The notes below the pieces were generated by a model. That model was not told where the DNA came from. It saw only the letters and a list, made by a program, of their open reading frames with translations, and did no database searches. From Macrostomum lignano (lineage: Eukaryota): a stretch of 64,000 nt of DNA. A program made the position numbers and the translations under genes. Positions 36,501-48,255 of this stretch are shown here, in pieces. The DNA is taken from NCBI GenBank assembly GCA_002269645.1, contig NIVC01001252.1, positions 62,001-126,000 on the forward strand, read 5' to 3'. How positions within the stretch are numbered: position 1 is the first letter of the stretch; each line of letters starts with the position of its first letter.

Positions 36501-39500
36501 TGTCCCATATGATGTGTCTCCTCCGATGCCTGTCTGTCCCATATGATGTGTCTCCTCCGATGCCTTCCTGTCCCATATGATGTGCCTCCTCCGATGCCTG
36601 TCTGTCCCATATGATTTGTCTCCTTTGATGCCTGTCTGTCCCATATGTGTCTCCTCCGATGCCTTCCTGTCCCATATGATGTGTCTCCTCTGATGCCTTC
36701 CTGTCCCATATGATGTGTCTCCTCTGATGCCTGTCTGTCCCATATGATGTGTCTCCTCTGATGCCTCCCTGTCCCATGCGATGTGTCTCCTCCGATGCCT
36801 TCCTGTCCCATATGATGTGTCTCCTCCGATGCCTTCCTGTCCCATATGATGTGTCTCCTCCGATGCCTGTCTGTCCCATATGATGTGTCTCCTCCGATGC
36901 CTTCCTGTCCCATATGATGTGTCTCCTTTGATGCCTCCCTGTCCCATATGATGTGTCTCCTCTGCAGATGCCTCCCTGTCCCATATGATGTGTCTCCTCC
37001 TCCGATGCCTTCCTGTCCCATATGATGTGTCTCCTCCGATGCCTTCCTGTCCCATATGATGTGTCTCCTCCGATGCCTTCCTGTCCCATATGATGTGTCT
37101 CCTCCGATGCCTTCCTGTCCCATATGATATGTCTCCTCCGATGCCTTCCTGTCCCATATGATGTGTCTCCTCCGATGCCTTCCTGTCCCATATGATGTGT
37201 CTCCTCCGATGCCTTCCTGTCCCATATGATGTGTCTCCTCCGATGCCTTCCTGTCCCATATGATGTGTCTCGTCCGATGCCTTCCTGTCCCATATGTGTC
37301 TCCTCCGATGCCTTCCTGTCCCATATGATGTGTCTCCTCCGATGCCTTCCTGTCCCATATGATGTGTCTCCTCCGATGCCTTCCTGTCCCATATGATGTG
37401 TCTCCTCCGATGCCTTCCTGTCCCATATGATGTGTCTCCTCCGATGCCTTCCTGTCCCATATGATGTCTCCTCCGATGCCTGTCTGTCCCATATGTGTCT
37501 CCTCCGATGCCTTCCTGTCCCATATGATGTGTCTCCTCTGATGCCTGTCTGTCCCATATAATGTGTCTCCTCTGATGCCTTCCTGTCCCATATGTGTCTC
37601 CTTCGATGCCTTCCTGTCCCATATGATGTGTCTCCTCTGATGCCTTCCTGTCCCATATGATGTGTCTCCTCTGATGCCTGTCTGTCCCATATGATGTGTC
37701 TCCTCCGATGCCTTTCTGTCCCATGCGATGTGTCTCCTCCGATGCCTTCCTGTCCCATATGATGTGTCTCCTCCGATGCCTTCCTGTCCCATATGATGTG
37801 TCTCCTCCGATGCCTGTCTGTCCCATATGATGTGTCTCCTCCGATGCCTTCCTGTCCCATATGATGTGTCTCCTTTGATGCCTCCTGTCCCATATGATGT
37901 GTCTCCTCTGCAGATGCCTCCCTGTCCCATATGATGTGTCTCCTCTGCAGATGCCTCCCTGTCCCATATGATGTGTCTCCTCCAATGCCTTCCTGTCCCA
38001 TATGATGTGTCTCCTCCGATGCCTTCCTGTCCCATCTGATGTGTCTCCTCCGATGCCTTCCTGTCTCATATGATGTGTCTCCTCTGCAGATGCCTTCCTG
38101 TCCCATATGATGTGTCTCCTCCGATGCCTGTCTGTCCCATATGATGTGTCTCCTCCGATGCCTTCCTGTCCCATATGATGTGTCTCCTCCGATGCCTTCC
38201 TGTCCCATATGATGTGTCTCCTCCGATGCCTTCCTGTCCTATATGATGTGCCTCCTCCGATGCCTTCCTGTCCCATATGATGTGTCTCCTCTGCAGATGC
38301 CTCCCTGTCCCATATGATGTGTCTCCTCCGATGCCTTCCTGTCCCATATGATGTGTCTCCTCCGATGCCTTCCTGTCCCATATGATGTGTCTCCTCTGCA
38401 GATGCCTCCCTGTCCCATATGATGTGTCTCCTCCGATGCCTTCCTGTCCCATATGATGTGTCTCCTCCGATGCCTTCCTGTCCCATATGATGTGTCTCCT
38501 CCGATGCCTTCCTGTCCTATATGATGTGTCTCCTCCGATGCCTTCCTGTCCCATATGATGTGTCTCCTCCGATGCCTTTCTGTCCCATATGATGTGTCTC
38601 CTCCGGTGCCTTCCTGTCCCATATGATGTGTCTCCTCCGATGCCTGTCTGTCCCATATGATGTGTCTCCTCTGATGCCTGTCTGTCCCATATGTGTCTCC
38701 TCCGATGCCTTCCTGTCCCATATGATGTGTCTCCTCCGATGCCTTCCTGTCCCATATGATGTGTCTCCTCCGATGCCTTCCTGTCCCATATGATGTGTCT
38801 CCTCCGATGCCTTCCTGTCCCATATGATGTGTCTCCTCTGCAGATGCCTCCCTGTCCTGTGTGGCTTCTAAAGTTGTGATCAAAAGTAAGAGCCTTTCAA
38901 ACCAACCTCCCAGGTGGAATGCTCCTCCTGCGGCCTAGTCTGGTGCTTCCCCTGCCACGCGCCAATGCACCGAGGCGTCACCTGTCGGCAGTTTCGCGCC
39001 AGCGACCAAGAACTGATGGCCTGGTCAAAGCGCTGCGACGCCGCTCAGGGTGCGCAGAGGAACGCGCGTCAGTGCCCCGGCTGCGGAGCCTACATACAGA
39101 AGAGCCAGGGCTGCGACTCCATGACATGTTCTCAGTGCGGCACCAGATTTTGCTACCTGTGCGGCCAGCGCTACGCCCGCTGCCCGCTGCTTGGCTCGCA
39201 CAAATCCCGCATGTCGGTGATGGGCTGTCGCTACAACCTGCTGCCGGATCGGCCACATCTGCGCCGCTTTGTCCGCGGCTGCGTGCTGGCCGTCCAGCTG
39301 ATCGCCGCACCGGCGCTGCTGGTCCTCGGCCTCGGCACCGCCCTGGTCGGCTCCGGCGTGCTTGCCGCCTACGCCGCTTTCACCGCTCTGCGTCGGCGAC
39401 GGCTTCGTCGGGCACTTCGACGGAAGGCGCAACTGTCGCGCGATGCTTTCTGCGTACGCGCGGCCGCAGCTGCCGCAGCCGCTGATGCCTATTCCGTATC

Positions 39501-39708
39501 GACAACAACTGCCGAACGACGCGTCACCATCGTCTCCGGCAACTCGCCAGCAGCAGCAACTGACGGCTCCTCGTCGCCAGCAACAATGGCTCAGTACTAT
39601 TGTTGCGTCACCACCGTGATGCTGCACGAGGATGACGATAGCGACTCTGACGATGGCACGATTGTGCCCGAGTGGCTCTTTGCCAAGAGCCCCGTGGCTG
39701 AGAGCTGA
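30560..39708 (+). CDS. RNF217: RBR-type E3 ubiquitin ligase RNF217-like (RING1-IBR-RING2-TM); exons 30560-31147 and 38914-39708, about 460 aa
   Basis: RING1 CDIC..CCAKIYCARCL..CPNLLC. The IBR KTCPGC..|VECSSCGLVWCFPCHAPMHRGVTC is joined in phase 0 (cag|gtatgt ... cccag|gtg). RING2 QCPGCGAYIQKSQGCDSMTCSQCGTRFCYLCG. The RNF217-like GCRYNLLPDRPHLRRFVRG is followed by a TM segment. Confidence 0.9.
31195..38860. repeat. 34-bp minisatellite (atgatgtgtctcctccgatgccttcctgtcccat), about 220 copies, forming almost the whole RNF217 intron
   Basis: Visible array with 31-, 35- and 37-bp variant units recurring in blocks. Confidence 0.98.
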
Positions 39709-39709
39709 G

Positions 39710-40050
39710 ATTTTGGGGTTCGGGCTTGCGTGATAAGCGGCCAACCCCCCATTGGGGTTCGGGCTTGTGTGATAAGCGGCCAACCCCCCCCCATTGGGGT
39801 TCGGGCTTGTGTGATAAGCGGCCAACCCCCCATTGGGGTTTCGGGCTTGTGTGATAAGCGGCCAACCCTCCCCCCCATTGTGGTTTCGGGCTTGTGTAAT
39901 AAGGGGCCAACCCTCCCCCCCCATTGTGGTTTCAGGCTTGTGTAATAAGGGGCCAACCCTCCCCCCCCCCCATTGGGGTTCGGGCTTGTGTGATAAGAGG
40001 CCAACCCCCCCATTGGGGTTCGGGCTTGTGTGATAAGGGGCCAACCCACT
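39710..40050. repeat. About 40-45-bp minisatellite (ggggttcgggcttgtgtgataagcggccaacccccc(c)att), about 8 copies, right after the RNF217 stop
   Basis: Visible array. Confidence 0.93.
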
Positions 40051-40944
40051 CCCTTCAGGCTTAAACTGTTCGCCCTGTGTGAACGGCTGCCTACGTACGT
40101 ATCCGGTCTTTATAGCCTACGCCTTGAGTTTATTGCGGCGGTGCAAAACATGGTGTTAGTAACCTATTGTATTGTAGCAGTAGTCCTATTAGTAGCATTA
40201 GTTTAGCAGTATTGGTACTTTTTTGGCTGATGAATATTTTAAATTGAAGGACGGTCTACAACTTATAGCATTCATTTGTCTAACTGATTATTTGTGCACT
40301 GGTTTTACACCTGTTTATTATCTAGTCTATAGTCCTACTCAGTTGAGTAGCGTCTTATGCGCAATACTTCTATGTTTATAAGCATATATTTATGTCGTCT
40401 GTTCGTGTACGCGGGGGGCACCCCCGCGTTATTTTTTTCAAAGCATTTCATTGATAAAACTTCTACTATTTTTCTAATCTCGTTGATGCAGATATTCTAC
40501 TGATCAGTTCTGCTATATTATTGAGTACTATATTATGCACATGCTTCCGGTTTGTTAAATTTTTGTGCACTAGCCGTGTGTAGTGTTGTCCTGTATAACT
40601 AGGCTCTGTTCGTCTTTCACGCTTTTAATAATAACGCGTGTTGCGAATGCTCAGCTGTTAGGGGTCGCTCGTGTCATTCTCTGATAGATTTTACATCCCC
40701 TTTTTTCTCTATCCTATACTGGTCGACTAAAATTAAAATTGTATTTCGCTATTTGAAAGATTTTCTGTTAGATTCTATCAGCGCTTTATAAGATCAAAAG
40801 GTTTTACGGATCTGTATCTGTGCAAACCTTATTGTTAAATTATTATCTATAAAATTGTTTGTTATAATCTGCTTTTATTGTCCAGCCTCTTTAGTTTTTT
40901 ATATTTTCTTTATACGGCACAGCTAGATATAGCATTGGGGGTTT

Positions 40945-41230
40945 AGCGTTACCTTGAACACTAATGAACGACTCAAACGACTGTTGAGTCACGAGCGCAT
41001 CACGTGAGTTGCAGAACCGTAGGAGTCGCCAAAAAGTCGTTCAAAAGTCGTTGTGTTAGCGCTCAACTTTCTACTGACTCAAGTAGACTAAATAGAGTTG
41101 TTAGTATAAATTCGAAATGCGATTCTAATTCATAAAGCGACTTGTGCCGTGACATCTTGTCGTTTTAGAGTCGCTTTCCTATTTTGTCTGTGTTACCTGC
41201 AACAACTCTGGGACGCTGCTTGGTCTGTGC
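40945..41230. repeat. Second locus of the gactc-rich dispersed repeat
   Basis: Matches segments at about 21125-21200 and about 21990-22080. Confidence 0.55.
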
Positions 41231-41384
41231 ACCGTTTTCATCGGGCCAGACTTCGAGCTCTGCTTTAAGTCTCCGTTAAGATCAGATAACGCGGTACTAA
41301 CCGCAGCTAGAACTCTGCTTAACTGGGCTACTGATAAGTAGCAATATAAGGAAGAATAGGGCTTAGGTTGTTTAGTTGGGAGTG

Positions 41385-41555
41385 GGGGTTGCCACAGGTC
41401 CTCAATTACCCCACCAGCTAATGCTGGCACCCATTTTACAGCTGGGTGACCTGAAGCAACTGCAGAGTTAAGTGTCTTGCGCAAGGACACAAATTGTTCT
41501 GTGTGGGTAGAGAATCGAACTCCCGACCTTTCAGTCGTAAGTCCGACGCTCTGAC
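41385..41555 (-). mobile_element. tRNA-derived SINE (family B) with a CORE/Meta-like central domain
   Basis: Minus strand: tRNA-like head (..gtcgggagttcgattc) then ttgtgtccttgcgcaagacacttaactctgc..cacccagctgtaaaatgggtgccagcattagctg, nearly identical to the + copy at about 46585. Confidence 0.8.
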
Positions 41556-41652
41556 CACAGTTAGTTAGTTTAAACTAACTGCTACAGTTAGTTTAAACAC
41601 TCCTATATATTCTACACTATTGATCATTTCTGCCAGGTGTTCAATCTTGCAA

Positions 41653-42777
41653 ATGTGCGAACACGAAGACTTGGAATTTGCCCAGCCTGTCCCGGACAGG
41701 TTAAAGTGTCCGGTTTGTCTGGGCCATCTACGATCAGCTTTGCAGACCTGCTGCGGCCATCGGTTCTGTCACAGCTGCTTCTATTCGGCCACGGCTGGCG
41801 GCGGCCCCGGGCCCTACCGGCCAACCTGCCCGCTGTGCCGGTCGCCCATCGGCGAGGGCGCCCACGCCAACCCGGCCGCCGTCCAGGGAGCCGGCGTGTT
41901 CAGCGATTTGGCTACCGATCGCGAGGTCCAACAGCTGCTTGTGCACTGTCCGAGGTGTCGGACCCATTGCGAGCTGGGCACTCTGGCCGCTCACCTGGCC
42001 GCTCACCTGACCGCTTCGGACGACTCTTCGACTGACGGAGCCGCCGCCAACGCGGAGAAATCCGCCGCCGCCGCTGCTGCCGCCTGTCAGTGCGCCGAGG
42101 CTTCGGCCTCAGTCGCCTGTCCGTTCTGCCAGCACAGCACAGCCTATAGGCAGCTCAATTTTCATTTGCTATTTGGCTGTCCGGCTTTCCCTCTGCCCTG
42201 TCCGAACCGGTGCGGCCTAGTCCTGGCCGGGCCACAGCGCCTGCAGGACCACCTTGAGAAGGCCTGCCCGCTGTCTCTGCTGCTCTGCCCGTTCAATAAG
42301 TTCGGCTGCCCGGCCGCTAGCCGCCTTCGCCGCGAGCTCAGCCGCCACGTGGCCGAGGCGCATAATTATCACCTGCAGCTGCTGTGGCAGCAGATGTACC
42401 CGGTGCAGCTGGTGCAGCAGCCGGACAAACTGCTGGTCGGCCCGCTGCCTGCCGCCGCTGCTGGCGGCCAGCCAGCCCTGCTGGCCATGCCGTTCGCCAC
42501 CGCTGCCGCCCTGCGCCCCATGTACCCGGCTGCCGCGGCCCCCGAGCAGCAGCACCACCACCAGCTGGGTCAGCAGCCGCAGCATCATCAGCACCAGCAC
42601 CAGCCGCATCATCAGCTGGCTCAGCAGCAGCCGCAGCCGCAGCATCATCATCATCAGCTGCATCATCATCATCATCAGCAGCAGCAGCAGCAGCATCAGC
42701 AACATCAGCAGCAGATGGCAGCCGCAGCTGCCGCCGCCGCCGCCGCAGCCGCCGCTTACCGAGTTCGTCGCCACTGA
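41653..42777 (+). CDS. TRAF-like RING plus TRAF-type zinc-finger protein with no MATH domain and a poly-Q/H/A tail (374 aa)
   Basis: EFAQPVPDRLKCPVCLGHLRSALQTCCGHRFCHSC (TRAF4/6-type RING), DLATDREVQQLLVHCP, and zinc fingers CPAFPLPCPNRCG..HLEKACP..CPFNKFGC..HVAEAHNYHLQLL. ATG at 41653, acceptor-like tttctgccag at 41636. Confidence 0.85.
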   Translation: MCEHEDLEFAQPVPDRLKCPVCLGHLRSALQTCCGHRFCHSCFYSATAGGGPGPYRPTCPLCRSPIGEGAHANPAAVQGAGVFSDLATDREVQQLLVHCPRCRTHCELGTLAAHLAAHLTASDDSSTDGAAANAEKSAAAAAAACQCAEASASVACPFCQHSTAYRQLNFHLLFGCPAFPLPCPNRCGLVLAGPQRLQDHLEKACPLSLLLCPFNKFGCPAASRLRRELSRHVAEAHNYHLQLLWQQMYPVQLVQQPDKLLVGPLPAAAAGGQPALLAMPFATAAALRPMYPAAAAPEQQHHHQLGQQPQHHQHQHQPHHQLAQQQPQPQHHHHQLHHHHHQQQQQQHQQHQQQMAAAAAAAAAAAAAYRVRRH

Positions 42778-44334
42778 AAGAAAAAATCGAAAAGGACAAA
42801 GAAAAATGGCACTAATAATCCGCGACATAGGAGAGTCGCTTCGCCTCTTCGGGATTGTCTTTTTTCGGGATAGGACTGGCCCCCTATTAATTTGTCTCCC
42901 TTAGCTGCTTACCTATGATCCAGCAATAGCGTATATTTATTTCTAAGCTTTCTTTTGTCTATATTAAGCTGTTTCTATAGCTGTCCCTTTATTAATACAG
43001 CATGTCCGTCTGTCTGTGCTTTAGTGTCTTCCGTGCCACCCCTTAATTATTTATTGTTTTCTCCCTCAATAAAATATTAATAAATATTCCCGCACGTCAC
43101 TTAGGACCTGTCAAGTTTAGTAGTTTAATGTATTATTTATAACCGTTTTGTTATTGTCATTTTCTTAATTAATAATTACTATGTTAATTAGGTTCAGTTG
43201 GGATCGGGTTTGTCCTGTTTGATTGATTTTCTCCACCTTATAGTAACCATCTTATTAAAAATCAATTAATTTTAACTATCTTCTTTATCAGAAGCAACAC
43301 ACAGTACTGGTAATGCGTTCACTTAACACTTTATGTAATCTAAGCTGTCCGTCTCTGCTGTATATTTTGTTGAGTAAACTGTGCGCTTCTTTTAGCCAGC
43401 CTCCGTTGCCTCGCCAGCAAAGTTTTTTCAATTAATATTTATTTACTTTTTTGATTATTAATATTAAGTCCTAGCTTTGCTCGTACTGCGCGTTCAGTTC
43501 TTGTATAATCAGTTTAATAATTTCTTTTCGTCGTGGCCATTTCGTTTGTAATATGGGAATTATATGTATGATGCTGAGTTAATCAATAGCCTACAGCACT
43601 AACTGTCAATAAGTAGTATAGCTCTAGCAGTAGTGTATGCGGTAGCTGCTTGTTATTAACAGAAAAAATTCTAAATAATTTTACTCTAGTTTGAGAAGTT
43701 TTCTTTCGATTTTTGTGCGCTTTTAATTTTGTTGTCAAATGTCGCAGTTGATTTTTTTTGTCTCGGTTTCCGTGTGTCAACTCTCTTTTATTATTTATAA
43801 TCAGCTTTGTAATATTGATTGAATAATTATTTCTTTGTATTATCGGCAGTGTTTTACCTGTTTCTAATGGCAACCTTGTTTATCTATTGGCATCCAAGCG
43901 AAAAACACAATTGGTTAAACCAGCAGTTAGTTGCACATGAAATTATTAATGTAGCGTTAAGGTGGAATTCTTTAGTTCAGTGCTGCTTAACAACTCTATA
44001 TTATCATTCTCCCTTCTGTTTGTCTGTCTATCTATGTCTCGTTTTCTGTGCATTTATCATTTAATATTTTAGTAAACTCTTTTCGTGTATATTATTTGTA
44101 AATTTAATTGTTTCTTGGTACGCGTAGCTTTTTTACTCTCACAATACTACTCGTATAATCTTAAGTAGTCCGTTCGTGTAGTTCGGTAACCTGGGGCCAA
44201 TCTAATAGAGATCTCGAAGCGCGAATTGTAAGTTTAAAAAAATAGAGAACTAAACTATTGTTATAGTCCAGCGGCCTAGCAAGTAAGTGTCTGCCACATT
44301 TTTCTTACGAGCGTAAGTTAAGTAATTAACACTA

Positions 44335-45180
44335 CCCTCATGCCCCATTCCTCTTTCCTTCCCCGCATACTATTTTACCGTTTTTAACTAGCTTCCAAAC
44401 CTCCTTTGGCGCTGGTGAGGGGTTGCGTTTTATCGATTTAATGGCCATCCCTCAGCCCCCATTCCTCCTTCCTTCCCCATATACTAGTTAGTCGCTGTTC
44501 ACTAGCTTCCAACCCTCCTTTGGCGCTGGGGCGTTGAGATTTATCGATTTAATGGCCATCCCTCAGCCCCCATTCCTCTTTCCTTCCCCACGTACTAATT
44601 TATCGCTGTTGACTAGCTTCAAACCCTCCTTTGGCGCTGGTGGGGGGTAAGGGTTGAGGCTTTTCTATTTTATGGCCATCCCTCAGCCCCCATTCCGCTT
44701 TCCTTCCCCATGTACTAACTTATCGCTGTTGACTAGCTTCAAACCCTCCTTTGGCGCTGGTGGGGGGGGTGAGGGTTGAGGTTTTTCTATTTTATGGCCA
44801 TCCCTCAACCCCCATTCCTCTTTCGTTCCCCGCATACTCGTTTATTGCTGTTGACTAGCTTCAAACCCTCCTTTGGCGCTGGTGGGGGGGGGGTTTGAGG
44901 GTTGAGGTTTCTCTATTTTATGGCCATCCCTCAACCCCGATTCCTCTTTCGTTCCCGCGACTTGTTTATCGCTGTTGACTAGCGTCCAAACCTCCTTTGG
45001 CGCTGGTGAGGGGTTGAGGTTTATCGATTTTATGACCATCCCTCAGCCCCCATTCCGCTTTCCTTCCCCGTATACTATTTTAACGCTGTTGACTAGCTTC
45101 CTTTGGCCTGGAGGGAGTTGAGGTTTATCGATTATATGGCCATCCCTCAAGCTCTCAAACCCTTGGCCATTCCTCTTTCC
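44335..45180. repeat. About 125-bp tandem repeat, about 7 copies
   Basis: Unit ggccatccctcagcccccattcc..gctgttgactagcttc..ctttggcgctggtg(g)n..gagggttgagg..at. Confidence 0.9.
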
Positions 45181-46584
45181 TTTTCCCGCACACTTTATAG
45201 CGCAGAGTGAGCCGCAATTCGCTTGCCAAAGGGGTCTGGTCTGTTTATTAGAAAGCGCACTCCATCAACTTGCAACAGACTTGTAACTCGTCTTCTGATC
45301 GCTGCACAATATCGTATTTAGTCTACCTTTTGATCTCTTTAGAATAATTTACTGTTGTTTTTTATTAACTGTTTTTTCTCTTTCATTTACTTGTACGCGC
45401 AATTTGTGTAGCCTTCTCTGCCTCGGTTTTACCTTGCACTTTATATGTTTAAATTGGCATCACAGTGCTTCTTTGTGGTCCTCCTTAATTCGCTACGCAG
45501 TAGATTTGAAGAGAGATTAATGTGTGAAACCATTTTGTCAATACGCTTTTCTGGCCTAATTATGAATCAGTTTGGAATAAGTAACTTTTCCATATTGCTG
45601 TGTTAGTATTTTTCCGCTTTAATTTTTTTACATTATCTATTTTATATCTTTTGTCCTCCAATTCCTGCTCTTCTATTGTTTCCTGGTTGTGTCCGCGCGC
45701 GTATTCGTCTCTGTAATTGCCTTAGCTTTGAGAAAGTTAATAGACAACCAAAAATATGGAATATTTGTGTTCCTCATTTTCTAAGCTTATGAAAGCCTGT
45801 CTCCAATTAATAGTTTTTGTATATCCTCGTGTCTCACAATCCGCCACGACCCGGAATCAATAATTAGTTAATATTTATAAACCAGATGACGCGGCCTGCA
45901 CTATGTTATTATATTACTATTACTATTATTATCGTATTTGCTTTTGTATAAGTCTGTTTTTGCTTCAGGTACGCTTTTCTTCTGCTGTATTGCTATATAT
46001 CAATATTTGTAGTACGTTCGTAGTGTTTGTGCAAACCTTATTTTGGTGTGAAGAAACGTTTTTTAAAAACATTTTTTTATAAATTGGACTTAGCAGACAA
46101 GGAAGAGGGAGTGCCGCGTTCTCTGCTCGGTTTCTGCAGTCTTCTAAGCCGGCTGTCGTTAACGGTTTTTATCTAGATAGTCGTGTACTGTCGCGCTATA
46201 GATTTACAATTATTAATATTTCGTTATTCGCGTGTGCTTTTTCTTTATTTCTCTCTCGGGTAGACCTCTCTTTCCAAATCACTTTTAGTAAGGCACATTT
46301 GTTTCCTGCTCATCATACAGCTGCGCTATCCCGTCTCTTACCTTTTTTAAAAATAAATATATACGTTATTTAGTGCTTGAATATAAGTGTCACTAATACT
46401 AGAACGCTTTTGGTTTGTGTTACTATACGCATACACTTCTATATGTTATAAAAAAACTGCATCTGTGGGCCAAGTTTGTGTTTGTTTGCTTTTTTTTAAA
46501 CTCGAGCTACACGAAGTTTAGGTTGCTTCAGTTGGTTGGCATTGGCACAGAAGAGTAGCTTGTGCATTGCAGGGGACAGAGCTA

Positions 46585-46880
46585 GGGGGTTGTAGTCTAG
46601 TGGTTAGAGCGTCGAACTCACGACTTGAAGGTCGGGGGTTCGATTTCCGATTCCACTGGAACTATTTGTGTCCTTGAGCAAGACATTTAACTCTGCATTG
46701 CTTCAGTTCACCCAGCTGTAAAATGGGTGCCAGCATTAGCTGGGATAATTGAGTGTGTGTGGCGACCCCCCAGTCCTTGGACTGAACAGCCGTACGCAGC
46801 CTTCAGATACGCCGCGCAATAGCTGCGGCTGAGCTGTCGGTTGCACAGCACATCTGGCCCAATCGTAATAATCCGTCCAA
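46585..46880 (+). mobile_element. tRNA-derived SINE (family B) with its 3' tail
   Basis: gtagtctagtggttagagcg (A box), gggttcgatttcc (B box), and the central domain ttgtgtccttgagcaagacatttaac..gtaaaatgggtgcc. Confidence 0.8.
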
Positions 46881-47223
46881 CCTTCGCACACCGCTCCCCC
46901 CCCCCCATTTCATTCCTAAACTCAATAGTCTACCGCGGCGTAGCTAAGTTGCGTCACTCGCTAAGATTGAGAGATTTTACCTGCACTCTCAAAAATGGCG
47001 ACCACAGACGGAATCTTCCGTGATGGCGACTTTTCGATGTTGCTGAGTACATGTATTTGCTCAGGAGTCGGCGGAATGGGCAGAATTGCCTCAAAATTTG
47101 TCCGGTGGTCGTTTAAAACGTGGAAATTACATTGTATTTCTAATTAGGGATTATAATACCTGGATATCAGAGGATCTGATTTCTAATAATATTCTAGAAT
47201 ATTCTAATTAATATTCTAATTAT

Positions 47224-47276
47224 ATTATCTCTAATATCCAATTAAAGAGGATCTTTAATTGGATATTAGAGATAAT
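47224..47276. other. Perfect 25-bp inverted repeat with a 3-nt loop
   Basis: attatctctaatatccaattaaaga-gga-tctttaattggatattagagataat. Confidence 0.9.
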
Positions 47277-48255
47277 GATGAATGAGTTTCCACAATGTAA
47301 AATTTCGTCGTTATGGCGTTACCGCTATTCGACGATGCGAAGTCCTAGAAGTTTTAAAAGCGACTGATCCCGGATAAATGCGCTCGTACCCTTGCTAAGC
47401 CAGTTATCTGTAGTTTCAGAATCGCACATGCCTGCGAAGAAAGTCTGCACTGTGAGACTACAAAATCCCCACTGCTAACCTCAGCAGCCCGCTGATCTTT
47501 TTGGGAACGCGCGTTGGCACAGAAGACTGAGTCTGCTCTAATTGGGAATAGGTTTGTTGCGGAAGCCAGCCCAGTGAGCTTTCGCTTGACTGAACTGCTA
47601 CTTTCTCCCCGCGTCGCTGCACTTGGCACGAAGCTCCTCGCGGCCCGCCTTCCGGCTGTGACATTTTTGCCTCCTCGCTGCGTCTCCCTCCCCATTGACT
47701 CTTGTCTGAGCTTCTCTTAATGGCAAGTTAGAACTCATCGATGCGAGAAAAATGTCGGCTGCGCACTTAAGCACGACCTAATGATGAAGAATTGCTGAAA
47801 TGATTGGATCGGGAGGCAAGATCTAGAAGTCCCAATAAAGTGCCGAATTAGGCAGCTCATCTGCCATGTCTCCGCTCAGCTGCCACCATAGAAAGTTTCT
47901 AAACTTTGCTAGTATGCAGGAGGCCTTGTACCTTTCCTATGTCTAGAATCGAGCTGTGGTTTACAGCCATCGATCACCAGCGCGGTTTGTTGACCATTCA
48001 GCATTAGTCTATCCCCAAACAGAATAACCAATCGCTCAGTTTCTGTGCATGGGCCAGCAGGGAGAACTGGTGCTTTCCTTACTAGACCACCCGTGAGAAT
48101 TTACTCTTTCCTCAAGGAACACCCGTTGGTCAATTCGTCCTATTGGTCCGCGAGTTCTTGACCTAGGTGATGAGGAATTTTATATCAAGGTTTAATTTCA
48201 ACTGAAACTAGCAAACAGTATGCTGCATTCTGACTAGCTACTCTGACGAGCTAAA

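Noticed and set aside
31039-38883. ORFs of 2389, 2328, 1497 and 706 aa on the minus strand
   Set aside because: They are translations of the 34-bp array, with the same 34-aa period in all frames. They are antisense to the RNF217 intron and are not genes.
42900-44330. T-skewed AT-rich region with ORFs 43583-43873 and 43819-44064
   Set aside because: The ORFs are short and compositionally biased, with no recognisable motifs or splice-consistent structure.
46590-46665. Possible genuine tRNA gene
   Set aside because: There is no proper acceptor stem. It continues into a SINE central domain and has a second copy at 41385-41555.
47354-47720. Short ORFs upstream of the GPCR
   Set aside because: I see no homology or domain signal. 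They may be UTR or promoter sequence, which cannot be supported from sequence alone.
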